64,000 nucleotides of DNA from Anaerolineales bacterium (GCA_024763275.1 JANTFT010000003.1:43669-107668), one strand, 5' to 3'; numbered from the stretch's first letter, positions 48,446-59,502 are shown. Numbers and translations are program-made. Notes: generated by a model from the sequence alone, not told the origin.

Positions 48446-49012
48446 TTATTGGTTTTCCAGCTCAGGATCCGGGTTCTGGTCATCGATCAGCACCCGCTGC
48501 AGAGCGGCGATTCCCCGGTGCTGAAGTGCTTTTACCGCTCCCTGCGACTTGTTCAAAGCCTGGGAGATTTCCTGGGTAGTCCAGCCTTCCAGGAATTTTA
48601 AAACAACTACCTGGCGCTGCTCCGGGGTGAGCAGCCGCAGCGCTTTCCTGACCCGCTCAGCTTCCTGCTGTTCGGCCAGCTGGCCGGCCGGGCCGGGTCC
48701 ATCTTCTATCAGCAGCTCTGTGTCCAGCTCCAGGGAGGGAGGTGGTTCCCGGCGGTACAGGTCAGTGATCAGGTTGTGGGTGATGCGGTAGAGATAGGCC
48801 TGCAGATGGTCATTGGGTCCCCCGCCGCGCTCAAGGGAGGACAGGAAGCGCTGGAAGGTTTCTGCCACCAGATCTTCGGCAACCTGGGCTTTGCCGACAT
48901 GTTTGAAGGCATAGGCATATAACGCGTCGCTGAACAGGTCGTAGATCTCGGCCAGGGCTTGCTGGTCGAACTGGCGGGCTTTTTGGAGGAGCTGTTCAGG
49001 TCGGTTGGCCAT
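48446..49012 (-). CDS. ECF sigma-70 factor
   Basis: AEDLVAETF, AYLYRITHN, LTPEQRQVVVLKF, GAVKALQHRG. Confidence 0.92.
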   Translation of the reverse strand: MANRPEQLLQKARQFDQQALAEIYDLFSDALYAYAFKHVGKAQVAEDLVAETFQRFLSSLERGGGPNDHLQAYLYRITHNLITDLYRREPPPSLELDTELLIEDGPGPAGQLAEQQEAERVRKALRLLTPEQRQVVVLKFLEGWTTQEISQALNKSQGAVKALQHRGIAALQRVLIDDQNPDPELENQ

Positions 49013-49028
49013 AATCACTTATTAATAA

Positions 49029-49056
49029 GACGCAAAATCTCCAGACCAGATACGGG
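49029..49056 (-). promoter_or_regulatory. ECF-type promoter, copy 2 (before the sigma gene, probably autoregulatory)
   Basis: Minus strand CCCGTATC-N11-TTTTGCGTC just upstream of the sigma start codon. Confidence 0.7.
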
Positions 49057-49131
49057 AAACTGGCCTGAACGCATTGTAGCCCAGACAGGGGGAAAATTCA
49101 GCGAGTCCTATCGCGATTGTAAAGTCCCCGG

Positions 49132-49605
49132 TTAATTTCCTCCCTCGGGGTCTTGTTTTTGCCAGATTGGACTGCGAATGATCTCGCGATAATAATAGAA
49201 ACTGGCCAACCCCAACCCACCACCGATTCCCGTGTAGAGTATGCCCAGAAGCGGTTTGGGGATGGGGGAGAATTTACGCAGGGAGATGCCCAGAGCGATC
49301 ATAAAAAGCACCAGCGGGTAGCTGTGCCATTCCTGAAAAGCGAACAGGCAGGGCTTTTCAGTTTCCAGGTTGACAATCCGCCGGCTGTTCTTACGGGACA
49401 GCCTGGAAAAGCCGAATTGAAAGATCGCCAGTGCCAGGAGTATTCCCGGGAGCCAGTAGATCCAGGGCTGATCCACATCAGGAGCGAACATCCATTCCAG
49501 GGCCAGGGTGATCAGGAAAATCCCCACGCCGGTCCACATCACTCCAGCAGTCAGCAGTAACCAGTTCTTATGCGTTCGGGGTGTAAGTTTTTCAATCCAT
49601 TTCAT
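49132..49605 (-). CDS. Membrane protein, function unknown
   Basis: 157 aa with four hydrophobic segments; CLFAFQEWHSY. Confidence 0.72.
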   Translation of the reverse strand: MKWIEKLTPRTHKNWLLLTAGVMWTGVGIFLITLALEWMFAPDVDQPWIYWLPGILLALAIFQFGFSRLSRKNSRRIVNLETEKPCLFAFQEWHSYPLVLFMIALGISLRKFSPIPKPLLGILYTGIGGGLGLASFYYYREIIRSPIWQKQDPEGGN

Positions 49606-49732
49606 AATCCCTATTTATACCACTGGAAGGTTTTTTGTTAACCCCCATTTCCAACAAAAAAGATTGTATACTTGATACTTGGAAAAGAAACCCATCCTGG
49701 CGCTGGGACAGCCGGGTAATAGGAGGGCTGCT

Positions 49733-50410
49733 GTGCTGATTCCCGAGGAGTTATTTGTTTTTTTGAGAGAGCTGAAGGAAAATAACAACCGGGTCTGGTT
49801 CCAGGCCAATAAGGACCGCTATGAGCGCTATTTCAAGGATCCTCTGCTGGCTTTCATTGCCGCCATTGGGGAAAGGCTGCCCAGCATCAGCCCCTACTAT
49901 GTGGCCATCCCCAGAGTGACCGGCGGATCATTGTTCCGTATCTACCGGGATGTGCGTTTCAGCCGGGATAAACGGCCGTACAAGACCTGGGCGGGAATGC
50001 ATTTCCGCCATGAGCGGGCCCGCGATGTGCACTCACCTGGCTTTTATCTGCACCTTGAGCCCGGAAACTGCTTTATCAGCTGTGGGATCTGGAAACCCGA
50101 CCGTGAAACCCTGCTGCGGGTGCGCCAGGTGATCGCTGATCACCCCCCGCGCTGGATTGAGGCAATTAGCGATCCTGATTTTGTAGCAGCCTACCAGCTG
50201 GCAGGGGATTCACTCAAACGACCACCCAGGGGATTTGACCCCGAACATCCCCTGATTGAGGACCTGAAGCGGGTGGATTTCCTGGCTTCCCATCCCATCA
50301 CTGAGGAAAGGGCTCTCAGTCCGGATTTCCTGGATTTTTATGCTGACATGTGCCAGAAAGCCGTTCCCTTTATGCGCTTCTTAACAGAAGCGGTTGGCCT
50401 GGCCTGGTAA
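49733..50410 (+). CDS. DUF2461 (TIGR02453) family protein
   Basis: NNNRVWF, FRIYRDVRFSRDKRPYK, GFYLHLEP, LKRPPRGF; AGGAGG RBS before a GTG start. Confidence 0.9.
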   Translation: MLIPEELFVFLRELKENNNRVWFQANKDRYERYFKDPLLAFIAAIGERLPSISPYYVAIPRVTGGSLFRIYRDVRFSRDKRPYKTWAGMHFRHERARDVHSPGFYLHLEPGNCFISCGIWKPDRETLLRVRQVIADHPPRWIEAISDPDFVAAYQLAGDSLKRPPRGFDPEHPLIEDLKRVDFLASHPITEERALSPDFLDFYADMCQKAVPFMRFLTEAVGLAW

Positions 50411-50599
50411 GTAGGATGGTAATTATGAGGGATTTTTACCTTAATATGTTTCCAGAGGGGGACAATGAGACATGGACAAGTCACTATCATCTTCCGATTG
50501 GTTCCGGATCCCTGATTCCCAGCCGGTTGTGCATCCAGATGGATAAGGGCGGCTCACTGAGCCGCCATGTATTTTTACTGCCAGGTCCTCCGGTTTTCA

Positions 50600-51220
50600 T
50601 CAGCTGCCAATCAGAGCCTGGAGTTTTTTCCGGGAGGCCATTTCAACCTCGTCGTGGATGCTCTTCCCGTGGGAATCCATGGTGACCACCACCGGGAATT
50701 GTTTGACTTTCAGCACCCAGATGGCCTCGGGGACGCCAAAATCCAGTTTGTAAACCCCGATGACCTCTTCCACTGATCCCGCGATCAGGGTCGCCGCCCC
50801 GCCAATGGCATGGAAATAGGCCGCGGGCAATTCCTGGCAGGCTTGAAGCGTCTTCGCCCCCATCCCGCCTTTGCCGATTACCCCGCGCATGTCAAAATGA
50901 CGCATTACCTCACTCTGATAGGGTTCTTCCCGGATACTGGTAGTTGGGCCGGCGGCCACAAATTTATAATCTCCTGTCTCCACACCGGAAACTACCGGGC
51001 CGCAGTGGTAGATCAAGCTATTCTTGAAGACCGGCTTAATGGCTTCATAAACTTCCAGGTCATCGCCTTCTGGCTGGCGGGTCTTCCTGATGAAGGTGTC
51101 GATCATCCATTTATGGACTGTATCCCTCCCAGTGGCCAGGATCCCGGTCAGGGCGACAGTATCGCCGGTATGCAGCTCCCGGATGGTTTCCGGTGAAATG
51201 GGAATGGTGATCTCTCTCAT
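50600..51220 (-). CDS. Fe-S hydro-lyase beta subunit (class I fumarase / tartrate dehydratase C-terminal)
   Basis: TGRD, YHCGP, AGPTTSIRE, IGKGGM, MDSHG. Confidence 0.88.
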   Translation of the reverse strand: MREITIPISPETIRELHTGDTVALTGILATGRDTVHKWMIDTFIRKTRQPEGDDLEVYEAIKPVFKNSLIYHCGPVVSGVETGDYKFVAAGPTTSIREEPYQSEVMRHFDMRGVIGKGGMGAKTLQACQELPAAYFHAIGGAATLIAGSVEEVIGVYKLDFGVPEAIWVLKVKQFPVVVTMDSHGKSIHDEVEMASRKKLQALIGS

Positions 51221-51225
51221 AGGTC

Positions 51226-52098
51226 TTACTCCTTCAGGTATTTGCCTATCAGCAGGTCCAGCTTTTCCCTGGTTTCGTCTGGGATAACAGCTGGATTAGT
51301 GATGATGGCGTTTTCCAGAGCAGTGGGGCAGATGCAGGAGCGCTGTTCCGGGGGAGGGTTTTCGGCCAGGTAGATCAGAGCGTTTTTCACATATTCCGTA
51401 TTTTGGGCCAGGATCTTGAGGACCATCTCGACCGACACTTCATCTTCTCTGGAATGCCAGACGTCATAATCGGTGATGTGGGAGATAGAGGCATAGCACA
51501 GCTCGGCTTCTCGGGCCAGGAATGCTTCCGGGGCTGCGGTCATCCCGATGATCGACATTCCCCAGGAGCGGTAGGTGTTGGATTCAGCCCGGGTGGAAAA
51601 ACGGGGTCCCTGAATCACCACAAACGCGCCTTGATCGTGGACCCGGGCTCCCACGTTTTTCAGCGCCTGGACCAGGTAGGAGGAAAGGTCCGGACAGAAT
51701 GGATCCGCAGTACCGATATGGGCGGTAAAGCCGTTCTCAAAGAAAGTATTCTCCCTTCCTTTGGTCAGATCCAGGATCTGATCCGGCACCACCAGATCAC
51801 CCGGCCGGTAGTCCTCTCGCAGGGATCCACAGGCGTTGACGCTGATCAACCGGGTAGCGCCCAGCGATTTCAGGGCGTAGATATTGGCCCGGTAGTTGAC
51901 CTGTCCGGGGTTGATGGGATGGCCGGCGCCGTGGCGGGCCAGGAAGAGGATTCGCTGGCCGGCAAGTTCTCCTTCCACGATCGGACCGCTGGGTGATCCA
52001 AAGGGTGTATCCAGGATGTGCTCAGTAATTCTGGTCAGACCGGGTATCCGGTACAGCCCGGATCCGCCAATCACGGCAAAGAGGGGGGAAGAGCTCAT
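51226..52098 (-). CDS. mtnP: S-methyl-5'-thioadenosine phosphorylase
   Basis: IGGSGLY, FLARHG, VNYRANI, GPRFSTRAES, TDYDVW. Confidence 0.9.
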   Translation of the reverse strand: MSSSPLFAVIGGSGLYRIPGLTRITEHILDTPFGSPSGPIVEGELAGQRILFLARHGAGHPINPGQVNYRANIYALKSLGATRLISVNACGSLREDYRPGDLVVPDQILDLTKGRENTFFENGFTAHIGTADPFCPDLSSYLVQALKNVGARVHDQGAFVVIQGPRFSTRAESNTYRSWGMSIIGMTAAPEAFLAREAELCYASISHITDYDVWHSREDEVSVEMVLKILAQNTEYVKNALIYLAENPPPEQRSCICPTALENAIITNPAVIPDETREKLDLLIGKYLKE

Positions 52099-52289
52099 CA
52101 GGGTTCCTTGTTCCAGGCAGCTTGATAATTGATCTGTCTGGCAGATAATGTGATTATAGAAGAATGAGGGGCATTCAACAAGATTGACTTTCATCACTCT
52201 TGGATTATCCTGGAGGGCAGAAAACCTCCTTCGGAAAAGGTTGGCAAGTACTGAAAAAAAACCGTTTTTTATGTATACTGAAAGTAAAG

Positions 52290-52712
52290 ATGAACACAAA
52301 AGCTAGTGGTTTTGAAGAAGTAGCCCATACTGCTGACCTGGAAATCAAGGTCTGGGGAGAGAATCTGGAATCCCTCTTTATCGCCGCCGCTGAAGGTATG
52401 TTTCAACTTTCCGGCATCGAGGATTACGAAGAGGGTTTTTCCGCTGTCCGGGAGGATATTACCCTCGATGCCATGGATTATGAAGGCTTGCTGATCCTTT
52501 TCCTGGAAGAACTGCTCTACCGGCTCACCGAAGACTATATGCTCTTTAGTGTTGAAAAGCTGACCATCAATGAGCACTTCTCGCTCAAAGCCAGGCTGAG
52601 GGGTACCCAGATAAGGTCCTATCAGCGCGACATCAAAGCAGTTACCTATCACCGGCTGAACATCCAGGAGACTGACAGCGGCTATACCGTAAATGTCGTC
52701 TTTGACATCTAA
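52290..52712 (+). CDS. Archease
   Basis: HTADL, IKAVTYH, C-terminal VFDI. Confidence 0.92.
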   Translation: MNTKASGFEEVAHTADLEIKVWGENLESLFIAAAEGMFQLSGIEDYEEGFSAVREDITLDAMDYEGLLILFLEELLYRLTEDYMLFSVEKLTINEHFSLKARLRGTQIRSYQRDIKAVTYHRLNIQETDSGYTVNVVFDI

Positions 52713-52737
52713 CCCCTATCTTTAGAGGTAGTCCAGC

Positions 52738-54189
52738 ATGGTTTCCATTTCCGATCTCAAATATATCAGACCCTGTGAATGGGAGATTCCTCGCTCCTAT
52801 CGATCGGATATGCGGGTCCCTGTCCGGATCTTCGCTACGCCGGAGCTGTTGAAGGATGTCTCTCGCGACAAATCTCTCGATCAGGCGCTGAACGCTGCCA
52901 CCCTCCCGGGGCTGGTGGGGCAGGTGATGGTTATGCCTGATATGCACCAGGGCTACGGGTTTCCGATCGGCGGGGTGGCTGCTACCCGCTATCCGGACGG
53001 GGTGATCTCACCTGGAGGGATCGGCTATGATATCAATTGCGGCGTGCGCCTGCTGACCAGTCAGCTGACCTATCAGCAAGCTCGACCTTACCTGGAGGAC
53101 CTGGCTGAGGCTTTGAACCGGTCCTGCCCCAGCGGGGTGGGCACAGGAGGCCACCGGCAGTTCTCTATCAAGGAGGTGGAAGAGGTTTGCCGGAAAGGTT
53201 CTGCCTGGGCTCGCTCGGCCGGGTTTGCGACCGAGCAGGACCTGCGCCGGACTGAAGAAGGTGGGCGTATCCCCGGGGCTGATCCCCGTGATATCAGCCC
53301 GCGGGCTCTCAAAAGAGGAAGCGGCCAGGTGGGTTCCCTGGGAGCGGGGAACCATTTTATCGAGATCGATCTGATAGAGAGGGTTTTTGACCCCCAGGCT
53401 GCCCGGGTGATGGGGCTTGAGGAGGGCAATCTGGCGCTGCAGATCCACTGCGGTTCCCGGGGTCTGGGCCACCAGGTATGCTCCGATTACGTAAAGAGCC
53501 TGCAGTCCACCGTTGAGCGCTACGGCATCGAGCTTCCTGATCGGGCTCTGGTTTGCGCTCCTCTGGATTCTCCGGAAGGAAAAGCTTACCTGTCCGCCAT
53601 GGCCTGCGCGGCAAATTATGCTTTTGCCAACCGCCAGGTGCTCAGCCACCATGCCAGAGAAGCCTTTGAAAGTGTGCTGGCGGGCAGGGTTAAGGATTGG
53701 CAGCTCAGTTTGGTCTACGATGTGGCCCACAATATCGGCAAAATCGAAACTCATCTGATTGATGGTCGGGAGCAGGAAGTATGCGTTCACCGCAAAGGTG
53801 CCACCCGGGCATTTGGCCCGGGCGCGGCAGACCTTCCCTCTGAATATCGGGAAATCGGCCAGCCTGTGCTGGTGCCCGGCAGCATGGGAACATCATCCTG
53901 GGTCCTGCACGGCACAGAGGCTGCTATGCAGCGCTCGCTGGGTTCCTGCTGCCACGGAGCCGGTCGGGTGATGAGCCGCTCCCAGGCTAAGAAAACCATT
54001 TGGGGTGAGGACCTGCACTGGGAGCTGGAAAGCCGGGGGATCACCATTCTGGCGGGGTCGATGGCCGGGCTGGCAGAAGAGGCTCCAGCTGCCTACAAGG
54101 ATATCGATGCTGTGGTCGATACGGTTGTTCAGGCTGGCATAACCGAGCCTGTAGCCCGGCTGAAACCCCTGGTGGTGATTAAAGGATAG
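52738..54189 (+). CDS. rtcB: RNA ligase RtcB
   Basis: [51 protein letters not shown]. Confidence 0.96.
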   Translation: MVSISDLKYIRPCEWEIPRSYRSDMRVPVRIFATPELLKDVSRDKSLDQALNAATLPGLVGQVMVMPDMHQGYGFPIGGVAATRYPDGVISPGGIGYDINCGVRLLTSQLTYQQARPYLEDLAEALNRSCPSGVGTGGHRQFSIKEVEEVCRKGSAWARSAGFATEQDLRRTEEGGRIPGADPRDISPRALKRGSGQVGSLGAGNHFIEIDLIERVFDPQAARVMGLEEGNLALQIHCGSRGLGHQVCSDYVKSLQSTVERYGIELPDRALVCAPLDSPEGKAYLSAMACAANYAFANRQVLSHHAREAFESVLAGRVKDWQLSLVYDVAHNIGKIETHLIDGREQEVCVHRKGATRAFGPGAADLPSEYREIGQPVLVPGSMGTSSWVLHGTEAAMQRSLGSCCHGAGRVMSRSQAKKTIWGEDLHWELESRGITILAGSMAGLAEEAPAAYKDIDAVVDTVVQAGITEPVARLKPLVVIKG

Positions 54190-54193
54190 GCCT

Positions 54194-54661
54194 TCAGCAG
54201 ATCCCAGCCACCCTGGCTCCACTCAATTTGATCAGATCCCGGGGGTCAAGGCGGATGTTCACTCCCAGTTCTCCCCCGGAGACATGAATGGCAGCCTCTT
54301 CCAGGGCAGATTCATGGATCAGGATCTGAAACCCGCGATTGACCAGCGCCAGGGGTGAGATCCCCCCCGCCTGCAGGCCGGTGAGCCTTTCTGCTTCTCT
54401 CTGAGTAGCCGGTGAGACCTTTTTTTCCCCCATTATCTTGGCCAGCTTTTTTAGGTCCACTTCCTGGTTTCCCGGCACAACTGCCAGGATGGGCTTTCCG
54501 GTGCCCCGGCGGATGATGACGATGCTTTTAAAGACAATTTCCGGAGGAGCTTTCAGCAGCCGGGCCACTTCCTCCGCGCCCAGCTTCTCCCTGGGGAGCT
54601 CGAATACCTCATACTTAACTTTCCGGCTGTCCAGGAAGCGGGTAACGTTATTGGCTTTCAT
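54194..54661 (-). CDS. YbaK/EbsC aminoacyl-tRNA deacylase
   Basis: VFKSIV, TGLQAGGISPL, VSGG. Confidence 0.88.
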   Translation of the reverse strand: MKANNVTRFLDSRKVKYEVFELPREKLGAEEVARLLKAPPEIVFKSIVIIRRGTGKPILAVVPGNQEVDLKKLAKIMGEKKVSPATQREAERLTGLQAGGISPLALVNRGFQILIHESALEEAAIHVSGGELGVNIRLDPRDLIKLSGARVAGIC

Positions 54662-54941
54662 CGATTTCCTTCCTCCTCTTCCTGCTCTGATTTTATCAGA
54701 AGGTCCAGGTCGCCCCGGCACCAGAAGTATGATAAGCTATTTGGTAAGAGAATAGCGCGGGAGACCAGGGGGAGGTTTGCCTATGTCGGGGGAAACCCGG
54801 ATCCGGAAAAGGTTCAGCTCGAGCGCATGAGATAGGAGCTCATCTGCAGGAGCTTGCTGATAAATCCGGCAGATGATAATCATCCAGGTAATCCCGGCTG
54901 AAATCGCGCTGATCAATATTACGACTCTCAGAGAGGCAGCC

Positions 54942-55736
54942 ATGCAGCAATATCTGGAACTCATGCAGCATATCCTTGATCGTGGTGTTTCCAAAGGTGA
55001 CCGGACCGGCACCGGGACAAAATCCGTGTTTGGCTACCAGATGCGCTTTGATCTCGAGCAGGGCTTTCCCCTGCTGACGACCAAGAAGCTCCACCTGAAA
55101 TCCATCATTTATGAGCTTTTATGGTTCCTGAAAGGGGATACCAATATCAAGTATCTTAAGAAACACGGCGTTCGCATCTGGGATGAGTGGGCAGATGAGA
55201 ACGGCGATCTGGGACCGGTTTACGGCTTCCAGTGGCGGTTCTGGCAGGATCCCGAAGGTGGCGTGGTGGACCAGATCTCCCAGGCCATTGACCAGATCAA
55301 GACCAACCCCAATTCCCGGCGCATCCTGGTCAGCGCCTGGAATGTCGGCCAGATCGACAGGATGGCCCTGCCTCCCTGCCATCTGCTTTTCCAGTTCTAT
55401 GTGGCTGAAGGTCGGCTTTCCCTCCAGCTCTACCAGCGCTCCGCGGATGTATTCCTGGGAGTTCCCTTCAACATCGCTTCCTATGCTTTGTTGACAATGA
55501 TGGTAGCCCAGGTCTGTGATCTGAAGCCAGGGGACTTTGTGCATACCCTGGGGGATACCCATCTCTATCTGGACCATATCGATAAGGCCCGGATGCAGCT
55601 CACCCGGAAGCCCTATCCACTGCCGACCATGCGCATCAACCCTGCTGTTAAGTCGATCTTTGATTTCAAGTACGAAGATTTCCAGCTGGAGAATTACCAG
55701 GCTCATCCCCATATCAAGGCCAAGGTCTCAGTATGA
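54942..55736 (+). CDS. thyA: Thymidylate synthase
   Basis: [33 protein letters not shown]. Confidence 0.97.
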   Translation: MQQYLELMQHILDRGVSKGDRTGTGTKSVFGYQMRFDLEQGFPLLTTKKLHLKSIIYELLWFLKGDTNIKYLKKHGVRIWDEWADENGDLGPVYGFQWRFWQDPEGGVVDQISQAIDQIKTNPNSRRILVSAWNVGQIDRMALPPCHLLFQFYVAEGRLSLQLYQRSADVFLGVPFNIASYALLTMMVAQVCDLKPGDFVHTLGDTHLYLDHIDKARMQLTRKPYPLPTMRINPAVKSIFDFKYEDFQLENYQAHPHIKAKVSV

Positions 55737-56230
55737 TCGTTTCCATCATCGCTGCCCTGGACGAGGAGGGGGGGATCGGTTATCAGAACCGGATCCCCTG
55801 GCATCTGCCTGGCGACCTGGCCCGTTTTAAAAAACTGACCATGGGACACCATCTGATCCTGGGGCGGAAGACCTTCCAGTCCATCGGCAGGACGCTGCCC
55901 GGAAGGCAGATGATCGTGCTCTCCAGAAAGCCGGAATACAGACCCGGGGGCTGCCTTACAGCCTTATCGCTGGGGGATGCCCTGGAGCTGGCCAGGGCTA
56001 GGGGGGAAAATGAAGCCTTTGTGATTGGTGGTGGGGAAGTCTACCGGCAGGCCCTGCCGCAGGCCGACCGCTTTTACCTGACCCGGGTGCAGGCGAGCTT
56101 TAACGCTGATACAGTCTTCCCGGAATGGAATGAAGAGGGTTGGCAGGAGATCTGTGCCCAGGAATTCCCGGCCGATGCGCTCAATCCCTTCCGGCACACG
56201 TTTTATTTTCTGGTCCGATCCCAGAGTTGA
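55733..56230 (+). CDS. folA: Dihydrofolate reductase
   Basis: [24 protein letters not shown]. Confidence 0.95.
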   Translation: MIVSIIAALDEEGGIGYQNRIPWHLPGDLARFKKLTMGHHLILGRKTFQSIGRTLPGRQMIVLSRKPEYRPGGCLTALSLGDALELARARGENEAFVIGGGEVYRQALPQADRFYLTRVQASFNADTVFPEWNEEGWQEICAQEFPADALNPFRHTFYFLVRSQS

Positions 56231-56292
56231 TTTCCTGTAGCCCCGGGCTCCGCGCTCAACAGCACCAGCGTGCCAGGACTGTTCGGTCTGGG

Positions 56293-58323
56293 TTACTTTC
56301 CCGCCAGCAGGTTGATCTTTTCCCAGGGTTTGAGATCCGACTGCAGGGCCAGCAGCTCCCGGAGCTCAAAGATCTGGTCCCGCAGACCAGCGGCGGTTTC
56401 GAATTCCAGATTTTCCGCCGCGGCTAGCATCTGCTTTTCAAGCTCGGCGATCATCATTTTCAGCTCGGATGTGGGGATGCCCTCCAGTCCGGTTTGGTAA
56501 TCAGGTCCTTTTTCACTGACTGCCCCCATTTTGACCCGCTCGGTGATATCTGAAATGGATTTTTTAATGCTTTCAGGTTTGATGCCGTGCTCCTGATTGT
56601 ATTTGGTCTGCTTCTCACGGCGGCGTTCGGTCTCGTCGATGGCTGTCCGCATGGCCGGGGTGATGGCATCCGCATACATGATCACTGTGCCCCGTACATG
56701 GCGGGCGGCCCGGCCGATGGTCTGGATCAGAGCAGTGTCCGAGCGCAGAAAACCGGCTTTATCGGCGTCCAGGATGGCGACCAGGGAGACCTCTGGCAGA
56801 TCCAGCCCTTCCCGGAGCAGATTGATACCCACGATCACATCGTAAACGCCCAGGCGCAGATCGCGCAGGATCCCCACCCGCTCCAGAGTGTCAATTTCCG
56901 AGTGCAGATAATGGACCTTGACCCCGCTCTCCTCCAGGTATTTTGACAGATCTTCAGCCATGCGTTTTGTCAGGGTGGTGACCAGGACCCGCTCGCCCCG
57001 CTCGGTCCTCTGGTAGATTTCTCCCATCAAGTCGTCCACCTGGCCGGTGATGGGGCGGACAATCACTTTCGGATCGACCAGGCCCGTGGGCCGGATAACC
57101 TGGTCGACAACTTCCTTGACTTTGCCCAGCTCATAGGGGCCCGGCGTGGCGGAGGTGTAAATGGTGTAGCCCATCTTGCTCTCAAATTCCTCAAATTGGA
57201 GAGGGCGGTTGTCCAGAGCGGAAGGCAGCCGGAACCCATATTCCACCAGAGTGGCTTTGCGGGAGCGGTCTCCGTTGAACATACCCCTGATCTGGGGCAC
57301 TGTCATGTGGGATTCATCCAGGACCAGCAGATATTCCTGGGGCAAGTAATCCATCATTGTCCAGGGAGGGGAACCAGGGGGACGCTGGTCGAGATGGCGG
57401 GAATAGTTCTCGATGCCGGAGCAGTAGCCGACCTCACGGAGCATCTCCAGGTCGTATTTGGTGCGCTGTTCGATGCGCTGGGCTTCCAGCAGCTTGCCGT
57501 GGCGGTTGAACTGGATCACCTGCTCGGTCATTTCGTCTTCAATGTCCTTGAGCGCTTGCTTGAGCTTTTCCTCTTCAGTGATGAAATGTTTGGCAGGGTA
57601 GATATTCACTCCCTTAGCCTCTTCCAGGATTTCAGCTGTCACCCGGTCGATGCGGGTGATCCGCTCCACTTCATCGCCAAAGAAAGAGATCCTGTAAACA
57701 ACCTTATCGTCATAAGCCGGAGCGATCTCGAGTGTATCGCCACGCACCCGGAAGGAGCCCGGCTTGAGGTCGATATCGTTGCGGGTGTACTGGCCTTCGA
57801 TCAGCTGGCGCAGCAGGGCATTCCGGCGGTAGACCGATCCTGCCTGCAAGTCGATCATCACTTTGCCGTAGGCTGCCGGATTGCCCAGGCCGTAAATACA
57901 GGAGACTGAAGCCACGATGATGACGTCCTTGCGGGACATCAAAGCCGTGGTGGCTGCCAGGCGCAGGCGTTCAATTTCCTCATTGATATCGGTTTCTTTT
58001 TCGATGTACAGATCGTGGTGAGGCACATAGGCTTCAGGCTGGTAGTAATCATAGTAGCTGACGAAATATTCCACCGCGTTCTCAGGGAAGAATGACTTGA
58101 ATTCCGCATATAGCTGGGCGGCCAGGGTTTTATTGTGGGCAATCACCAGGGCCGGCATCTGCATCTCCTGGATCACGTTGGCGATGGTGTAGGTTTTCCC
58201 GGTCCCTGTAGCTCCCAGCAGGACCTGGTGCCGCAGTCCGTTCTTGATCCCCCGGGTCAATTTTGCGATTGCCTGGGGCTGATCTCCCATGGGCTGAAAC
58301 GGTGCCTGGAGCTTGAATTCCAT
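56293..58323 (-). CDS. uvrB: Excinuclease ABC subunit B
   Basis: [30 protein letters not shown]-terminal UVR domain. Confidence 0.97.
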   Translation of the reverse strand: MEFKLQAPFQPMGDQPQAIAKLTRGIKNGLRHQVLLGATGTGKTYTIANVIQEMQMPALVIAHNKTLAAQLYAEFKSFFPENAVEYFVSYYDYYQPEAYVPHHDLYIEKETDINEEIERLRLAATTALMSRKDVIIVASVSCIYGLGNPAAYGKVMIDLQAGSVYRRNALLRQLIEGQYTRNDIDLKPGSFRVRGDTLEIAPAYDDKVVYRISFFGDEVERITRIDRVTAEILEEAKGVNIYPAKHFITEEEKLKQALKDIEDEMTEQVIQFNRHGKLLEAQRIEQRTKYDLEMLREVGYCSGIENYSRHLDQRPPGSPPWTMMDYLPQEYLLVLDESHMTVPQIRGMFNGDRSRKATLVEYGFRLPSALDNRPLQFEEFESKMGYTIYTSATPGPYELGKVKEVVDQVIRPTGLVDPKVIVRPITGQVDDLMGEIYQRTERGERVLVTTLTKRMAEDLSKYLEESGVKVHYLHSEIDTLERVGILRDLRLGVYDVIVGINLLREGLDLPEVSLVAILDADKAGFLRSDTALIQTIGRAARHVRGTVIMYADAITPAMRTAIDETERRREKQTKYNQEHGIKPESIKKSISDITERVKMGAVSEKGPDYQTGLEGIPTSELKMMIAELEKQMLAAAENLEFETAAGLRDQIFELRELLALQSDLKPWEKINLLAGK

Positions 58324-58331
58324 AACTGACC

Positions 58332-59396
58332 TCACTGCTCTACGTAAATCGGGTTGCTGTAAATCCAGCCCCTTTTCAGCCCTTTGTAAAAGAGAGTCGC
58401 TTCTACCCTGTAGACTCCGGGATCAGTGACCTGATATTCACAGTCCCGAGTCCGCTGCCAGGCAGCGATCTTTCTGCCATTGCGGATCAAGGAGCAACTC
58501 GCCTTCCGTGGGAGATCGATTTGCAGCCGGGTGTCCTCAGTCAGGGTTATTCGGTCTCCCATAACGGCTGTTCCCCGGGCTGTCCGGGTGGAAAACCGGA
58601 AACCGTTTGTGGGGTGGGGCAGATCATAACCGACAAAAGCGTGCCCTTCCCGGAGAGCTCCATATATTAAACCCCGATCCGTCTCAAGATCACCTGTTAA
58701 TTCTGTTGGCAGCAGCAGATGGGTGTTTACAGACTTGAAATGATATTCATATGGGAACAGGGTCCTTTTCAGGGGACCAAGATTGGCATGCATGGCATGA
58801 GCGTCCGAGCCCCCAACGGCAACCACCCGGTTTCCCTCTCCTGTCAGCCGATCCCACAGCAGCAGAGTTTCAGGGATCGGTCCGTGGGCGATGCGTTTGG
58901 GAAAATAGGCATACCACAGTGCCCGGGGGATGTTTTTCAGGAGGGTCTTGAACTCGGAAAAACCGTTCCAGAGCTCGATGCCGGTATATCCAGTGACCTC
59001 CCACCTGTCCCACGAGAAGTCCCCCTGATTGAACTTGGGCGCGGCGGGGTCGATTGGATGGGCGATAAAGGACACGCCCCCTAGCTGAGCGATCCTGTCG
59101 ATCAGTCCCTGGGTGTCTCCGGCCAATTCGGCCAGCTCCTGGCCTGTTCCGAAAACCAGCAGGTGGTTGTTCTGCCTGGCTGTGGTGTCATCGTGGATCT
59201 CCTCCCCGACCAGGACCAGCACCCGTTTTCCGTCTCTGGAGTGATAGCCTTCCTGATCCGCGACCAGGATGTTGTGGTCGGTCACAATGACAGCTTGCAG
59301 TCCGGATCTCAAGGCTGCTGCGGCGATATCGCTGTGGCTTCCGGTGCCGTCTGAATGATGGGTATGCATGTGAAGGTTGATAGTGATTTCAATCAT
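58332..59396 (-). CDS. PHP-domain metallohydrolase (CehA/McbA-like)
   Basis: [30 protein letters not shown]. Confidence 0.85.
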   Translation of the reverse strand: MIEITINLHMHTHHSDGTGSHSDIAAAALRSGLQAVIVTDHNILVADQEGYHSRDGKRVLVLVGEEIHDDTTARQNNHLLVFGTGQELAELAGDTQGLIDRIAQLGGVSFIAHPIDPAAPKFNQGDFSWDRWEVTGYTGIELWNGFSEFKTLLKNIPRALWYAYFPKRIAHGPIPETLLLWDRLTGEGNRVVAVGGSDAHAMHANLGPLKRTLFPYEYHFKSVNTHLLLPTELTGDLETDRGLIYGALREGHAFVGYDLPHPTNGFRFSTRTARGTAVMGDRITLTEDTRLQIDLPRKASCSLIRNGRKIAAWQRTRDCEYQVTDPGVYRVEATLFYKGLKRGWIYSNPIYVEQ

Positions 59397-59472
59397 AGGT
59401 TTTCCTGAGATAAATTTGACTAAATGGCAGTCAGGGCAGAATTCTGAACTGTTTGGCTGGGAGATATACTTC

Positions 59473-59502
59473 TTGACGTTCTCCCTGTAGAGAAGGTATA
59501 AT
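59473..59502 (+). promoter_or_regulatory. Sigma70-type promoter for secG
   Basis: TTGACG-N18-TATAAT. Confidence 0.7.

Noticed and set aside
54754-54910. SRP RNA or THF riboswitch identity for the thyA leader
   Set aside because: Lacks the SRP domain IV (CAGG..GGAA..AGCAG) and THF aptamer consensus; kept only as an unassigned candidate.
59397-59470. LexA box for the PHP-uvrB operon
   Set aside because: No GAAC-N4-GTTC match.
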